DNA of 58,733 bases, the filler included, from Sphacelaria rigidula (Eukaryota), in assembly GCA_964200075.2 (NCBI GenBank). It is 9 parts of 9 records of this genome, joined end to end, with 100 filler letters (N's around TTAATTAATTAA, not from the genome) between each part and the next. Parts side by side here need not be neighbours in the genome. Positions count along the whole stretch, not along the records: positions 19,612 to 26,048 come from CAXNAA020020067.1; positions 26,149 to 32,585 come from CAXNAA020020068.1; positions 32,686 to 39,122 come from CAXNAA020020069.1; 6 more parts are not named here. One strand, written 5' to 3'. Position numbers and translations under genes: made by a program. Shown here one piece after another: positions 24,190 to 37,224 of the stretch. The notes beneath the pieces were generated by a model, which saw nothing but the letters and a program-made list of their open reading frames with translations, was not told the DNA's origin and searched no databases. Each line of letters begins with the position of its first letter. Within the stretch, counting starts at the first letter, position 1.

Positions 24190-24828
24190 AACGCGATTTC
24201 ACTGGTCAATTTGAAGTTGTTTTCCATGAAAATTTGACACGATATACGTGGGGTATATATGGAGCCCCTACCGTTTGCCCCTCTTTTTTTTTATCATTTT
24301 CCTCGTTTTTTATTGGTGATCTAAATTTCGGAACAGTTTTTCCTGGTACAAAAGCGTCGACAACTCACTGAAAAAACAAGAAAAATATCAAGGGGGGACA
24401 GTAAGGACTTCACAACATACGTCATGCGAATCGTGTCGGAATTTCGTGAAAAAAATACTTGAATTTGAGCAGCATAACCGCGTTTCATTTTATCGTGGCG
24501 GGTAATTCTCCACATAGGAACCGGCCTTGGACACGAACACGCGATTTTGGCAGATTAATTTCAGGTCGTTTTCTATGAAATTTTGACACGATGTACAGGA
24601 TGTATGTGCAAAAACGCCCCTGTTTGCCCCTTACTTTTTTGTTTCGTCTGTGAGTTATCGGCGACCAAACATTTGAGAACATTTTTTCGGAACAAAATCG
24701 TGAGTAACTCCAAAAAATAGAAGAAAAGTTGTACGGGGCAAATGGGGTCGTCCTCGCACATACGTCCTGAACATTGTGTCAAAAAATGATGGAAAATGAC
24801 CCAAAGTTGAGCAGCTAAATCGCGTGTT
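24190..24828. repeat. Two tandem ~300-bp units, each an imperfect inverted repeat (foldback-like)
   Basis: ACGCGATTT...ATGAAA.TTTGACACGAT at 24191 and 24538, each closed by TGTC..AA...GAAAA...TTGAGCAGC..A.CGCGT. Confidence 0.7.
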
Positions 24829-25188
24829 CGCATCTCTGTCCGCGTCTGGGGCGGCCCAGCCTGAATGTGAGACCGCGTAGCGGGTACTGTAGTCTCATCT
24901 GTATCACTTATACTTTTCACAAGTGAAATTGATGCCGATTCAGCAGGTGACCTACCTCCGTGGTCAGAGGGTTGAGGCAAGCCACCCCACCACGCCACCA
25001 CGTGGTGTATGTGCTGCCAGTGTGGAGAATAATTCGTGCGCGAGATAAAAAAAAGTTCAGCCAAGCGTGGGTAGCCGCGGCGGAGACAGACGCATACAAC
25101 GTTCCTGTCGAACCGTGGAAAGGCATCGTATTCAGCCGTTCCAGACCGTGCCTTACCGAGCCAAAAGATATAAGAGAGAACACGCTTT

Positions 25189-25403
25189 CAAGAGCAGGTC
25201 GGGCAGGCTATACCCGACATTGTGGTATTTCAAAGAGTGAAGTTCCGACCCATGCCCACAGCAGCAGAAGCCAGCCCAGTGCCGTTGTCCTCCCCCCGCT
25301 GTAAAGCCCATGCAAGCCGTTGTAACTGACGTGGGCGAGTGATTGTGTGCTACTTTTCAAATTACAAGAATATCGGGTATACCCCCTACCCGACCTGCCC
25401 TTG
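25189..25403. mobile_element. hAT-type MITE related to 3232-3470
   Basis: TIRs CAAGAGCAGGTCGGGCAGGCTATACCCGA / TCGGGTATACCCCCTACCCGACCTGCCCTTG. Flanks CACGCTTT/AAAGCTTC match only 5/8. Confidence 0.7.
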
Positions 25404-25411
25404 AAAGCTTC

Positions 25412-25552
25412 CACAGGCACCGTAGGTAAGGTAGGTACCCGGTACCGGTATTTGGGACGTCTCATACCCTACCGATACAGGTCCAATCGCGTTTTTTTCA
25501 AATGCCATACCTACGATACCCACGATACCACGCTATTTTGAGATTTCAATAC
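25412..25552. mobile_element. Terminal fragment of the GGTA/TACC-repeat element
   Basis: Reverse complement of 12241-12360. Confidence 0.7.
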
Positions 25553-25930
25553 CGAGTCAAGGGCTGCCAATCGGAGAATCCTGTCTGCTCATATCGGTTG
25601 TTGATTATGTCCTTAATCGGTTGCTCTGCGGTGCCCACTGGTGTGTATGTGTATCTACTCTGCTGCCCTGAATCCCTTGGGCCTGTTTCTTTTTTTTCAT
25701 GGTTTTATTGTATTGTATTTTATTTCATTTCATTTGCTCTTGACTCTCCTCTTCTCCTTTTCTCTTGTTTTATTATAGATCAGCCCTTCCTTTCTGTGCT
25801 TTGCTTCTGTTCACTTTTTTATTACGTTTTTTTATTACGTCGTTCTGTTCGACTTTTTTTTTTCTCCTGTTCCTTCTTCCTTTTTTCAGCGAATATCTCA
25901 GTCTTGTTTCTCCCTAGATACGTCCTTTCA
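25553..25930 (+). mobile_element. RTE-like LINE 3' UTR
   Basis: Closely similar to 1450-1880 (GCCAATCG.AGAATCCTGTCTGCT...CTGCTGCCCTGAATCCCTTGGG). Confidence 0.8.
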
Positions 25931-25986
25931 CATAGCGTATCCCCGTCCTGTTTCGCCGTCTATGGAGGGGGCGGGGGGGGGGGGGG

Positions 25987-26048
25987 CGTATTCATCCGTT
26001 TCTTCCCTTCGTCGTTTGCCCATCGGCCACGCACCCCCGTCGAGACGG
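25987..26048 (-). mobile_element. C-tailed LINE 3' fragment (family A), error-rich, at the scaffold end
   Basis: Degenerate match to 13210-13271, next to a G-run. Confidence 0.65.
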
Positions 26049-27569
26049 NNNNNNNNNNNNNNNNNNNNNNNNNNNNNNNNNNNNNNNNNNNNTTAATTAA
26101 TTAANNNNNNNNNNNNNNNNNNNNNNNNNNNNNNNNNNNNNNNNNNNNGCAATTGGTCCTGTGCTTCGTCTTTGTTTGCTTTCTTAGCCGTCGGGGGGCG
26201 AGGGGGGGAGGGGGGAGAGTTACTTAATCCTGTACATGAACAAATATATGAAATGAGATATAAATAATAAAATGAACTAAAACATACTCCATATAAAAAA
26301 ATTAAAATTCGTGTTTATGAAGCTATAATTCTTCGCATACCTCTGGAGCAAAGTAAGGCCAAGTAATACTTAAAGATTTAGGCAATACATTGCACATCAC
26401 ACTTCCATGACAAGAACAAGACCAGACAAATACCACAATGCTCTACAATGCTTGCTCAATCAAGCTAAACGCAATTATATGCACCGTCAATTTGCGTTCA
26501 ATGTGCGTCGCATCTTGTAATGCCAGATGGGACCAACAATCATGGGCGCTACCTCACCCAAGTCTACCCAAAATGGCTATATATTGAGTGTTCCTTGATG
26601 AGAAAAAAAAAATCCTACGACCGCCGGAGGGGGGAGAGGGGAGGGCAGGGGGGGTGTACATATAGTCTAGGAGCTTTGGGGGGGGCACTTCTTTGTCATT
26701 TAAGACGTTTAGCTCCTCGATGTGAGGGGTCATACTTTTTTTTTTTAATCTTTTTTACATTTTTGAAGGGAAAATATGCCCAACAACGCAATTTTCTCGG
26801 CTCCGGCGGCGCTCCCGCGGGGCCCCCTCACCAGCCGGGGGGGACCGTTGGCGGCTCGCGGCTCCGCCGATTGACTGGAAAACAATCGATGTACTGGCCA
26901 CTGGCGCGGCCAGTTTAAACTTAACTGGCCCGAACAGCAAGTTCACAGCCCTAGTCGTAAATGTTGAGGTTGAAGTCGCTGATCTCGTCATGCTATCAGT
27001 GGTCTTCGTCACAATTCTCATCCCTCAGAACATCCGATGTTGAACTACCCTCGCCACCATAAGAAGCTCCGACTGCTTGCTCGATTGACGTAATATTCAG
27101 AGAGTTAGACGTCCTTCCAGAGTAGTGGTCGTAGAGCGGTAAGATGGACTGCCAGAGTTATGTTTCTAATACTCCTTCCCAAGGGACTCTTTTTTCAATT
27201 TTTCTTTGATGATAATACCTGTAAATAAACGCTCTTGAACCGATGGTACGCAAAACGAATAGTTTTGGTTGTTTGCGAAACATCCGACAGTGTTGTCGTT
27301 CCATTTAGTACGGGATGTTTCCGTTGATGCTTGAGTGCGGTAGACGATTAATGAAGAAGACCACAATTGCCGCAACTTCGCTTCAACGAGCCTTCGGCAG
27401 GTTTTCTTCCATTAGAATACAGCGTGAGATGTTCAGGATAGCTCTGCTGTCACGCTCGGAGATGTAACTTTGCTCAGGAATATAATGAGCTGTGAGTTCT
27501 GGGGGAATGCCCGTTTTTATGCAGTATATTCTAAAATACTCCGTAATGTATTAACCTCCACGGTCTGAT

Positions 27570-27638
27570 CGTCTCGAAAGGAATGCGTGGCCAATGGTCA
27601 AATGACTAAGGCAGGCAACAAATGAGTACCCCCCCCCC
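27570..27638 (+). mobile_element. C-tailed LINE 3' fragment (family A) inserted in the copia integrase
   Basis: Interrupts the RLRTDR-GG motif. Imperfect TSD CCTCCACGGTCTG (27555-27567) / CCTC-ACGATCTG (27637-27648). Confidence 0.85.
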
Positions 27639-30079
27639 TCACGATCTGTCCGTAGGCGATGTGTACGAAGTCCCAGAGGAATAGCCAGAGCTTTCATGAA
27701 ACGACATAGCGTAGCTGACATTTCGTCCTTCGTTTTGATAAAGTAGACTAGCTTGAGTCGCGTGTAATGATCCGTAAATTTTGCCATACAACGGTAACCT
27801 CTCACTACATTAGGTAAAATAGGGCCTGGCAGGTCAGTGCTGACCAGTGGCAGTCGCTCCGAAATCTTGGTGGAGTTGAGGTCTTGGGATGATCCTGCTG
27901 TGTGTGCACTCTTGTTAATCTTTCGGGTTTCACTAGGTGACATCTCCGAGTTGCTTACGCCAGACGTCTGCTCCCACCGTAGTGAAGATAGCTGTCGAAC
28001 CTTCAGTCCTCATGTCTTGAATTATGTCCGCTGCAAGAGCGGTACCGACGCCCCTAAGCTCCCCTGATTCAACGGTAGCTGTGCGTGCCGAGCTGTTGTT
28101 GAGGGTGCCCAATTTCCAAACAATCATGCTAATATAGTGGAGTGTTCCGTTGCAATCAATACTGATCGGTACTTTGAAGTTCCCAAGGTCTACGTGGGAG
28201 ATAACGGGGAAAGCGGTTGAAACACTCGTCAGTGCTTCTACAGGCGAGAACAGATGTTTCCCCAGACTTGGGATAATCACGGCAGGAAGACGAACAGAGC
28301 GTCGCCGGTTCCCCTCGGAATCAGTGACGATGATGTGGATAACCCTCTTGTAGTGTCATATAGAAGATCATGTCCAGCAGTGAGGATACTCATTGGAGAG
28401 TGAAGCTTCACACACTCGACAATTTCTTGTTCGATGTTGGGCAACAACGGGTTGTCGATGAAGCGCACAGTTAGCCACTGTCCACCGCTATCTTGAAGGG
28501 AATCTGGTCGTGTGCACAATGGTTGTCGGTGACGTGTGAACCGGAGAGAAAGGCAAACCCCATGCCGTTTGGTGGTGGACATGTATCGGTCACTGTTCAA
28601 GCTGAAGGCATGGAAATTTGTTGACCATGATTGTTCGATGATACGGTCGCTGATGTCGGATCGGTGGTGGCAGTGCTACTCTGGCGTTGACGTCCGTCGA
28701 AGTTGTTGTTGCTGTTGTTGCCGTTGTTCCTGTTGTTGAGGTTGTCGTCGTCGCTGCACTTGAAGTTGCGGTAACGAAGGTTGCTGCGACGGCGATAGTT
28801 GTTGCTTCCGGTGTTGCTGCTCATGCTCCCCTTGCTCAGTTGATTTCTACACTCGGAGTCGTCGTGTTCGTCTGTGATGGAAACTGCACCATGTTACAGA
28901 TCTTCTCGCACTACTAGATTGTGCTCTGTCCGAACAGTCACGCGCTTGATGGCCTGACTTGATGCAGGAGTAACATTTTCACGAAAGTTCGAGGATTGAT
29001 TCAAAGAGTTTGGCAGTGATGCCACCAACATCGCTGAATCACGGTCCTACCATCTTCCAGCAGTAAATTTGAGCGCCATGCGGTTAGAGTACATGTTGCG
29101 CATTGTCGATTCTATATCCACGATGCTGAAGTCTGGGTCGCGTTCAGTGTTGTATTTGATCTGATCATAATCACCGATGGTACCTTCAATGACCATGCCA
29201 GTCAATCGCTCCTCCGAGATAACTTCACCCATGCGTACAAGCTCATCCCTGAGCTGGTACACCTGCTCAAGAAATACATCAGGATGTTGTTCTTGTGGCA
29301 TGGTGATGTTACCCAGTTGTCTCATTAAAGATTACGTCTTTGCTCCGATGAATTTTGATATTTAGATATCAAACCTCCCCAAGCATGTTTGCCGTTTGAC
29401 TTCTCGGAATCCTTCGACTGAAAACTCAAAAGTACACTTGCCGCTGCACCAGCTATCGACAGATGCCAGACGTTGAAAACGTGTTCATTATCCATGTCCC
29501 AATTTTCTATTTCACGCACGTTCGAAATTAGCCTCACGTGTGATGCTAGGCTGGGATAACCAGCCATTTCTCCGGCAGGGTGCTGGACTTGATTGGTGGT
29601 TGCAGTCGCACACGCCGCCGCTGTCGCCTCGCTCGTAGCGGTTACCCCTACCGTTGGTGAATGCGTACGACCGGGCGGCTGCTGGCGGCTCCTGGGACGG
29701 GTCCCGATGGGGCTTGTTCTCAGTGTCGGATCTACCTTTGAAAATAAATATTTAGAAATTTTCGTGAGGCGTTCAGCCCCTTAAAGGATATCAGAAATCC
29801 TTGGATGAGCCAAACGAATGATGGCGCGCGTAGAGCGGGTCCACTCGATGAACTTCGCACCGTCTAACTTCTGTATACTCTTGGTGAGCTGCGTTACAGA
29901 TGGCTCTCCCGAATCATCCATCTGCCTCAAGTCATTCGTAAATTATTTTTTTCACACCTGTAGATCTTGTGAAAGGATCTGGTTCCCTAATCTTCTGGCT
30001 GTCGCTGTTGTGACGACCTTGATGAGACGTCCCGTCGCTCGTACTGACCGACGTGATCGTGAATCGAGGACTGATAATT

Positions 30080-30440
30080 TGTTGAAAGTTTAGAGATTGA
30101 ACAGTTGCTACAAACCTCAGTTGCGGCGAGCAAGAGCAAAGAAGAATAGTCAGTCGGATGGTTTCTGGTGGCGCTTTTCGCCCACAGCAGAATCAAACAC
30201 AGCCTATTTTTCACGCAGAGAGCTGGAAGAAATCTGGGTAAGCTGGGAGAGTGAGAGAGTGGCGATCGAGATCAAACCACGCCCAACCAAAGTATGCCAC
30301 GCAGTTCAACTGCTCCTGCTGACGCGGTAGGCTTGCCGGCTTTGACACTAGATCTAATGCAATCTTCTACACTAAGTCTAGTCTTAGCGGACGCGTCCTA
30401 GTCACTCTTCTATGGTACCTTACTACAACTCATGGCAACA
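30080..30440 (-). repeat. Candidate 5' LTR of the copia element
   Basis: TGTTG...CAACA boundaries, followed on the minus strand by PBS-like AATTATCAGTCC. No second LTR is available to confirm. Confidence 0.5.
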
Positions 30441-30886
30441 CGTCTACTCCAGCAATATCGTGCTGGATACGTCACGCAGACAAGTGAACTATATAGCTTA
30501 GCAGAAAAGAGATGCTCAGTGGTAAAACATACATCATGATCTCCGTGAAAAATCCTACGTAACAGATGATTCTCAAAAATGGGGGTGAACACAAACAAGC
30601 GGTTCGAGTGGCATAACCAAAATAACAGTGTATTCTCAAAAATGGGGCTGAACAAAAAATATATATTCAAGTCGAAAGCAGTGCTTCTCCTGACCTAAAG
30701 TCATGACGAAGGGCTGTTAAATGGACAACCCCATCCCTCTCGACCGCCTCAAAACTATTTCGAGGGGTTTCCAGCATTCCATTCCCCCGGAGGGTACGTC
30801 CGAAAGCACGATTTTTGGGCCAAAAGGAGTCCATTTTTCACACTGAAATGGAGGCAAAACGTGCTTTCACACATACATACCCTGTG

Positions 30887-31551
30887 GAGTCATGCTACGA
30901 TAGGCAGGAGAGTGCTTGAGTCCACGAAAACTGGGCTGATGGGTGCGTCAAACGACCAAAATAACACAACATTCAAGCCTATGTAATCAATGGTTGACTC
31001 GACACGACCGAAATAAAAAATGCGGGAGCGATGCTACGGTAGGGGTTGCACTTTTTGTTTTTGGGCCTCGTTTTTGTTGGAGCCTTAATATATGGGGCTT
31101 ACTGTGCAACCCAAATCTCCGGGGATAGGACAAGGAGATGCACACAGGGGCCTTTTCGTGAATCGGCATCATTTTCAGTGTTTTTCAAGTGAAAATGATG
31201 TCGATCCTCAAAATGATCCGCGCAACACCCCGAGAAATATTTTCGCTTTCAAAGTGCAACCCTACCGTAGCATCACTCTGCGGCTAGACAGCGAAGTAGT
31301 CCACCTGTAGTCCACCTGTAGTGCCGCAAAGTGACCATTTTGACAGCCTCGATTGGTCAAAAAGGTCATTGCGTGCTTGTGGTGCGCTTGAATTGGGGTA
31401 AAAGCGGTGCCATGCAGTATGAATGAGCGCTATTTGTCGAGAGCAAGCGCGTTCGAACAACCGTGGGCTGCTTTCAAGGATGACTGAAGTGGACTTTCGT
31501 GGAAGAAAACGGCCCAGAATACCCCCACCCACCCCTATCGTAGCACGACTC
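30887..31551. mobile_element. Sola-like MITE (~410-bp family) carrying a nested MITE
   Basis: TIRs GAGTCATGCTACGATAGG / CCTATCGTAGCACGACTC, flanks TGTG/TTTG, homologous to 5343-5765. Confidence 0.8.
31026..31278. mobile_element. Nested Sola-like MITE (253 bp)
   Basis: ~29-bp TIRs GAGCGATGCTACGGTAGGGGTTGCACTTT / AAAGTGCAACCCCTACCGTAGCATCACTC, duplicated flank TGCGG. Confidence 0.88.
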
Positions 31552-32685
31552 TTTGGAGGAACGGAAGGGTAGAAATCCGTCGAAGTAGTTGTAGGGAGAT
31601 CGGGAGGGATAAGTTCGTCCATGTGAAAGTCATTTTGCCATGGCTTAAGGTCAGGGAAAGCATTGCTTTTGACTTTAACATTACTTTTTCATCCAACCCC
31701 ATTTTTGAGAATCCGCTGGTAAATCCAGGTTTGGTGCCAAACAGTTGTGCCAAGGGAAAGCATATTCGCATATTATAACAAATATGTAGCAGTTAAGGAG
31801 GTGTAGCTAGGTGCACCGAGTGAATGCGGTGTACAAGCGTGTTGATGACGAAACCACCGGAGGAACAACGGCGGAGAGCAAGCTCCTTGCCCGTGTCCCT
31901 TATGTGTCCTCGTTCGATGATGCGCAATCGGTGGAGAGACTGGCATCATACTACTAGCACATACCCAACGTTTCAAGCGCCGGCAGAGGGTTTATCGCTG
32001 TACAGCCACCCAAAAAACATCGGGGTGCAGAGGGGTGTCGCATCTTGACTGATATAATCTTCTCTTGTCTGTAGCGCTGATCAATGCAAAGATTGAATCC
32101 CTTTTGCCTCTCTTTTTGGACAGGACGCGCCTCTGTGCGCTGCAGAACACTGCGTGGTCGAAAAGCAAGGCGATTTTCCCGTCACCGCTGCTGTTCTCTC
32201 TCTCACACACGTGCTAATAAGGGCAGTGTTGCGGCAATAAGAAGATCCAATCGCAACTTGGTAGGGGGTGCTACTATCATGGTTTATTTTCTCCGACCTC
32301 TCTCGGCCTGAGGCCGCTTTTCATAACGGACAAAAATAAATATCTCGAAAAGTGCCTTTTTGGAGCTTTTACGTTGTTTTACGCCCCCAAAGAGAGTCAG
32401 GCGGAGTTTGACACCTTGGGATGACTTGCTGTTGTAGTGTTAAGCGGAATGCACCCTCTTGGTGCAAGCCGGTCGGGTCAGAGGTCAGATACTTCCAAGC
32501 AAGGGGCCCTACAGACTGGAATACGTTCTTCACCGCCCCCAAATCCGGTAAACCTCATTCTGGGCGACCGCGGGGGGGAGGGGGGNNNNNNNNNNNNNNN
32601 NNNNNNNNNNNNNNNNNNNNNNNNNNNNNTTAATTAATTAANNNNNNNNNNNNNNNNNNNNNNNNNNNNNNNNNNNNNNNNNNNN

Positions 32686-32878
32686 TAGCTCGACTACCAT
32701 TATGGTTACCGCAAAAAAAAAACGCAAGCGCGCAGAAAAAAAACGGGAACCTGGTCGCCTAGCTCCCGTAGCGAGTGGCGTGTTTCATAGCGTCATCGCG
32801 AACCGACGCCAACCCCATTGGGGGTCCACCCCTACAGAGCCGGGACGGAGCACGCCGGGTTCTCGCCGGGCCAGGCTC
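32686..32878 (-). mobile_element. Family B element, 5' portion
   Basis: Matches 42776-42967; similarity stops at the same point (AGCCTGG start on minus). Confidence 0.85.
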
Positions 32879-34423
32879 ATCTTTTCTGTGGAGGTGGGCC
32901 CAGGTGAACAATTTCCTGTTATGGGAATGATCGGCGCCGCCTTGCAGCACAACGCCATTCGTGGGGGGCATTGCCATTACTCCGCGGCGGTGTAGCGTGT
33001 TGACCTTTGCTGCTCATGATAATCTGAACGTTTTCTGAAAGTGTTGCTTGAGTTGTGGAGCGTCGGTCTCATAGCTTCGGGTATTCCGAGTTGTGGTCGG
33101 AGGGTGCGTGTTTTGCGATTGGAGGAAGACAGTTGATTGTACAGTCTACGGTGTTGGATTCAGGCGTTCTTGCTCCAATCCGAAATAATCCGGTCGGTGT
33201 CCATCTCCGTTTCCGAGCGGCAAATTGCAGATCCGGCGACGGTCTGACGTTGCCGCCCCCTCATGATGCCTTTCGGGCTGGTGTGTCGGCAAGATGTTCA
33301 CCCCTTTTCGTTGGATCTTCGTGAGGTCCGGCACACAAAGGACCTGTATACATCGTTGGATCTTCCGGGTCTTCGGGCCAACCAACAGGGGGCTACACTC
33401 TTCTGGTCGTTGGGTTTCGGCCTTTTTTTGGCGGGGTGTAGTTTTACCGAAAATGGCTATGGTTGTGACTGCTCGGCGTAACTTGCGCTGAGACGGCGGT
33501 ACGGTGACAACTTCACAAAAAAGGGTCATTACTTGACAGAAAAGGGACAACAGTAATACAAAAAAGGGTACATGTAACTTTTTAGCAGAGAGCAGGGTGT
33601 ACCCTCCTGTTTTGCTTACAAAAAAAAGGGTACTCTCACAGGATCTCATTTTCTGTGCGGTAGTTCAGCCCAGTAACACTTGTGAAAGTAAAAAAAATGG
33701 TCGGGTATGCTGCCCAGGGACCTTGAGCGTGGGGCTGGGGCGCTGGAGCGTGTTTTCGAGGTGTTCAGCCAGGGTGCAGCGCCGCGCCCCAACGCGAAAA
33801 ATGCGCTTCCCTTTTTTGCTCCAAAAGCACCAGGGTGTACTCTTTTTCGGATATTGCCCCCTTTTTTTTTCCATGCTCAGGATATCCACTGCAAAAGCAT
33901 CCATCCGCGCACACACACAAAGGGGGATGACTCACTGTGCTAGCTACAGACCGCGAGTGTGGTTCCCGCATCGCGTGTGCCGTTGAATACCACGCACTTT
34001 TGTGTATAAGGTTGTGACAGATGAGATTTTGGGGGGCATTGGGGTATCGCGTCGTATCTTTGAAGGGTCGGACAAATAATGATTCATCTGAACAAAATCA
34101 CTTGCTTTTAGTCAGATTGACTCGTACCATACAAATAAATCCTGGGGCTTTGTTCTTAGCGCGCCCCCCCTCCCAGGTACGCCCACCCCAGGGGCGTGGA
34201 ATAGCTAAGAACTTGCCTAAATATGTTTTTGACCTGCGGTCGACGTTGTGTCTCCCTTCCGAGCACCCAGGCCTCAGAAATCGTAAATTTGGTGAGAAGG
34301 AACCAGGCAGGATTTGTCCGGCTCTTGGTATGTTTTCTGACGGCGCGATCGCGACGACGAACGATTCGTGTGTTGGTGCTCTTGTATCCTTCCATTTCGC
34401 CGTCTCTTTCGCTTCCTTGGCAG

Positions 34424-34508
34424 AACTGAAGATGCATCCACCGTAATGCAAGGGCTGAGGGAACGTGGGATGCAAGTCACGGACCTCAGCTCGAATGAGC
34501 TCGCAAAG
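34424..34508 (+). CDS. ilvA: Biosynthetic threonine dehydratase/deaminase, exon (TEDASTVMQGLRERGMQVTDLSSNELAK)
   Basis: ggcag| acceptor and |gtatac donor. DLSSNELAK linker motif of the IlvA/ILV1 regulatory region. Confidence 0.9.
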
Positions 34509-35429
34509 GTATACACTCGTATATGTGTGCTTGTAGAAAACACGTTCCTGACTTCCCCGGGGTTCCGTAATTCCGGTCTCCCGGACAACATTCACGGGAT
34601 ATCATTCTCCACGGCCAACAGTTTGCTAGCTGTAGAGCACCTAGCGAGAGACTCACCCCCTCTGGGACTATCAAATGTTGTTTCCCTGCGTGCGTCACAA
34701 CACATCTACCAATCCAGACTCTACACCTAGTGTACCGATACAGCGCCCGCGATAGTCTTCCATGGCAGCGTGGCGCTCGTACGTATGTGTTTGCGTCGAC
34801 ACAGCCGTACAGAAGAGGTAATATACCCCCGTATCCGCCATGTGCCTATCAAGAAGTCACCATCTTTGCGCTTGTGTTGAGTTTTTCGAGTGTTTTGTAC
34901 ATCATCCTGTTGGTCCTCTGCTCCAGACGCGCGGGTGGAGCATACAGCGCGCGTGCAGTATACCGTATACAGTATGTTTGCATGCTGCGTTGTCGCGGGT
35001 GCTGCGCTTTCCATCTTTAACTGCGTTCTGCATAAAACGGATGGATATGGCACATGGTGGCTCAGTCGGTGTGTATGTTGTGATAATCAGAATATATACG
35101 AGCTGGGCAACCGAACAGTTCCTATTCACGGTTGGTAGGTGACGCGCCACTTTAACATCAGGAATCGGATGGTTAAATTTCGACATAAGGTTTGTATCAT
35201 CAATACGGGGAACATTTTCGAAGCAGCCAAGAAAAAACGAAAATGACAGAAAGTTGAAGCGATTTGACCTTGAAACAAAAAGAAGAGATGGTATCGTAAC
35301 TCCATGGAAAACAAACAAACTGTTGCTGCTTTGAGCAGCAATTCTAACTTGCGTGCTGACGATCCTTGAAAAATTTCGGCGGCAAAACTCCTCACAGTGG
35401 GCTGCGAACGCAACGTTTTGTGTGACACT

Positions 35430-35530
35430 GCTGTCCTCCGGTAATCTAAGTGACACAGGAGAATCCAGTGACGAAGGTCACGAGTTCGAATCCCGAGATA
35501 TGTTTTCTTTTTTCTTTTTTCGCAGAATCT
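35430..35530 (+). mobile_element. Degenerate tRNA-like SINE head
   Basis: B box GAGTTCGAATCCC at 35482-35494; A box poor. Confidence 0.35.
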
Positions 35531-37032
35531 GGTTCCTTGCTTGAGGTCATACACCATGCTGCACATTTTCTTTTCCCTCGTTTTTGTGTCTTGTGCGGCA
35601 GAGCGTGCATCAGCGTGCATAGGTAGGGTAATCTGCAGTTCACTCCAACCCTCGCATCGTTAGGCTGGTCTGGTGAAAATTGAAGAAGTCATCTTGTGCG
35701 CGGGATATGCACCTTCTATGACTGGCCCAGCTCGTACCTATTTCAGGGGCAAGTTGCGACGCCGTGTCAACATTGCCAATCATGGAGTAATAGTAGTAGA
35801 TCGTGCGGGAGCTTCATGGTGCTGGTATTGGTCATTCACTCTCCTGCGGTTAGGTTTGGGCCTCTGAGCCTGATGTCGCATTTTTGCACTCAACACTTTT
35901 GTTCGAAATGTCACTTCGCGTGTGTGCTACTTATTTGTGCAAATGGTAATCATGTGCTCTCATTGACTCTTTTAGGACAGGAGTGGACGAAGCGGGGGTG
36001 AGGGCCAATTGTGAATCGGCATCGTATTCATTGGAAAACGAATGAATGCAATGGCGATCTTCACCAATGCATGCAAACCAGGTCCTCACCCCTGTGAAGT
36101 GGGAATCCGGTCCCCAAAGGGTCACGCACAGGGAAAAACCCATCAAACACAAGGCTACCAAGAAGGCTACTGCCACTCCCTGACTGTGTGTGAAGGACCC
36201 TGATTTATGGGGCGAGCGTTGGATCTGGTCTGCAAGGAGTCAGGGCCGCTGGTGGTGTTTGCCTTCCTGTCGATTGGTGTGCTCGGGAACAAAATAATAA
36301 CGTCGCAGCACTCGTGCACAGTCCACAGGCACACACGCATAGCACAAATATCCACTTTTGTCGCCCCGAACTACCCACCCAACACCCCTCCCAAACATGG
36401 AAACGCGTTGATAAGCCCTGGCCTGAAAGAAGGAGGGAAGTAAATGGCTTCAGCATCGTTGGCGCCATGGCCGAACGAGTGAAACAGCACGCGTGACACG
36501 TTTGACCCCGTGCTGGAAAATTAGTGAACTCGAGGAGGCCGGCGGCGGAGATATTGGTCGAGTCACGCTCAGCGTCAAGGATGCAAGTTTGTGAGCAGTC
36601 GGTCCAAGCAAAACTGCGGAGGTCGACAGTTCCACGTGCTTGATGTACGAGTCATACACGCTTGAATTGGTTTTTGATCTGCTTCCTTATAGATCCCTTG
36701 CATCTGTTACTGTGGTATTGTTATATTAGTTCATGTGTTTCATGTACGTGTATACAGTAAGCCATCACAAAAACTACAACATTGAACACAGGCGGCCATA
36801 AGAACAACGAGGCGGACGTGAACGAGCCATTCTCGGACGGCCGTCCAGGAACAACGACAGGACAGTTAGTTTCGCAAGTCATCAAGAATAAGCTTCCGTC
36901 CTGCCCGCTTGCATGAGCTGGATATGGCGACTTGTTTCGTGCTGCACCGTACCTTACACGTTGCTTTTTCATGACGTGTGCAAGTCATGACAACTCATTT
37001 TTGGGGTCGGTCCCACGTGTGCCTCGATTCAG

Positions 37033-37224
37033 GCGCACGCGCGACATATGGTCGGCGGCCACGCGCCTAACGTGAAGCACGAGGTGCTGTATCGCTTCGA
37101 GTTTCCGGAGTCTCCCGGCGCGCTGAGCCGTTTTTTGGCGGCCTTGAACAGCGGGTGGAACGTGAGCCTGTTCCACTACCGAAACCATGGCAGCGATTTC
37201 GGCCGTGTGCTCGCAGCATTCCAG
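37033..37224 (+). CDS. ilvA: Threonine dehydratase, exon encoding the second ACT-like regulatory domain
   Basis: HARHMVGG...LYRFEFPESPGALSRFL...WNVSLFHYRNHGSDFGRVL; AG/GT bounded, 192 bp. Confidence 0.95.

Larger units (their letters stand above)
26930..30440 (-). mobile_element. Decayed Ty1/copia LTR retrotransposon (5' LTR, gag, protease, integrase; no RT/RNase H seen)
   Basis: Gag pieces 29567-29047, CYSCIKSGHQARDC knuckle ~28934-28975, AVDSG ~28475-28490, integrase VSTDLPGP..FTDHYTR..RLRTDR. Order PR-INT. Many stops and frameshifts. Confidence 0.88.
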
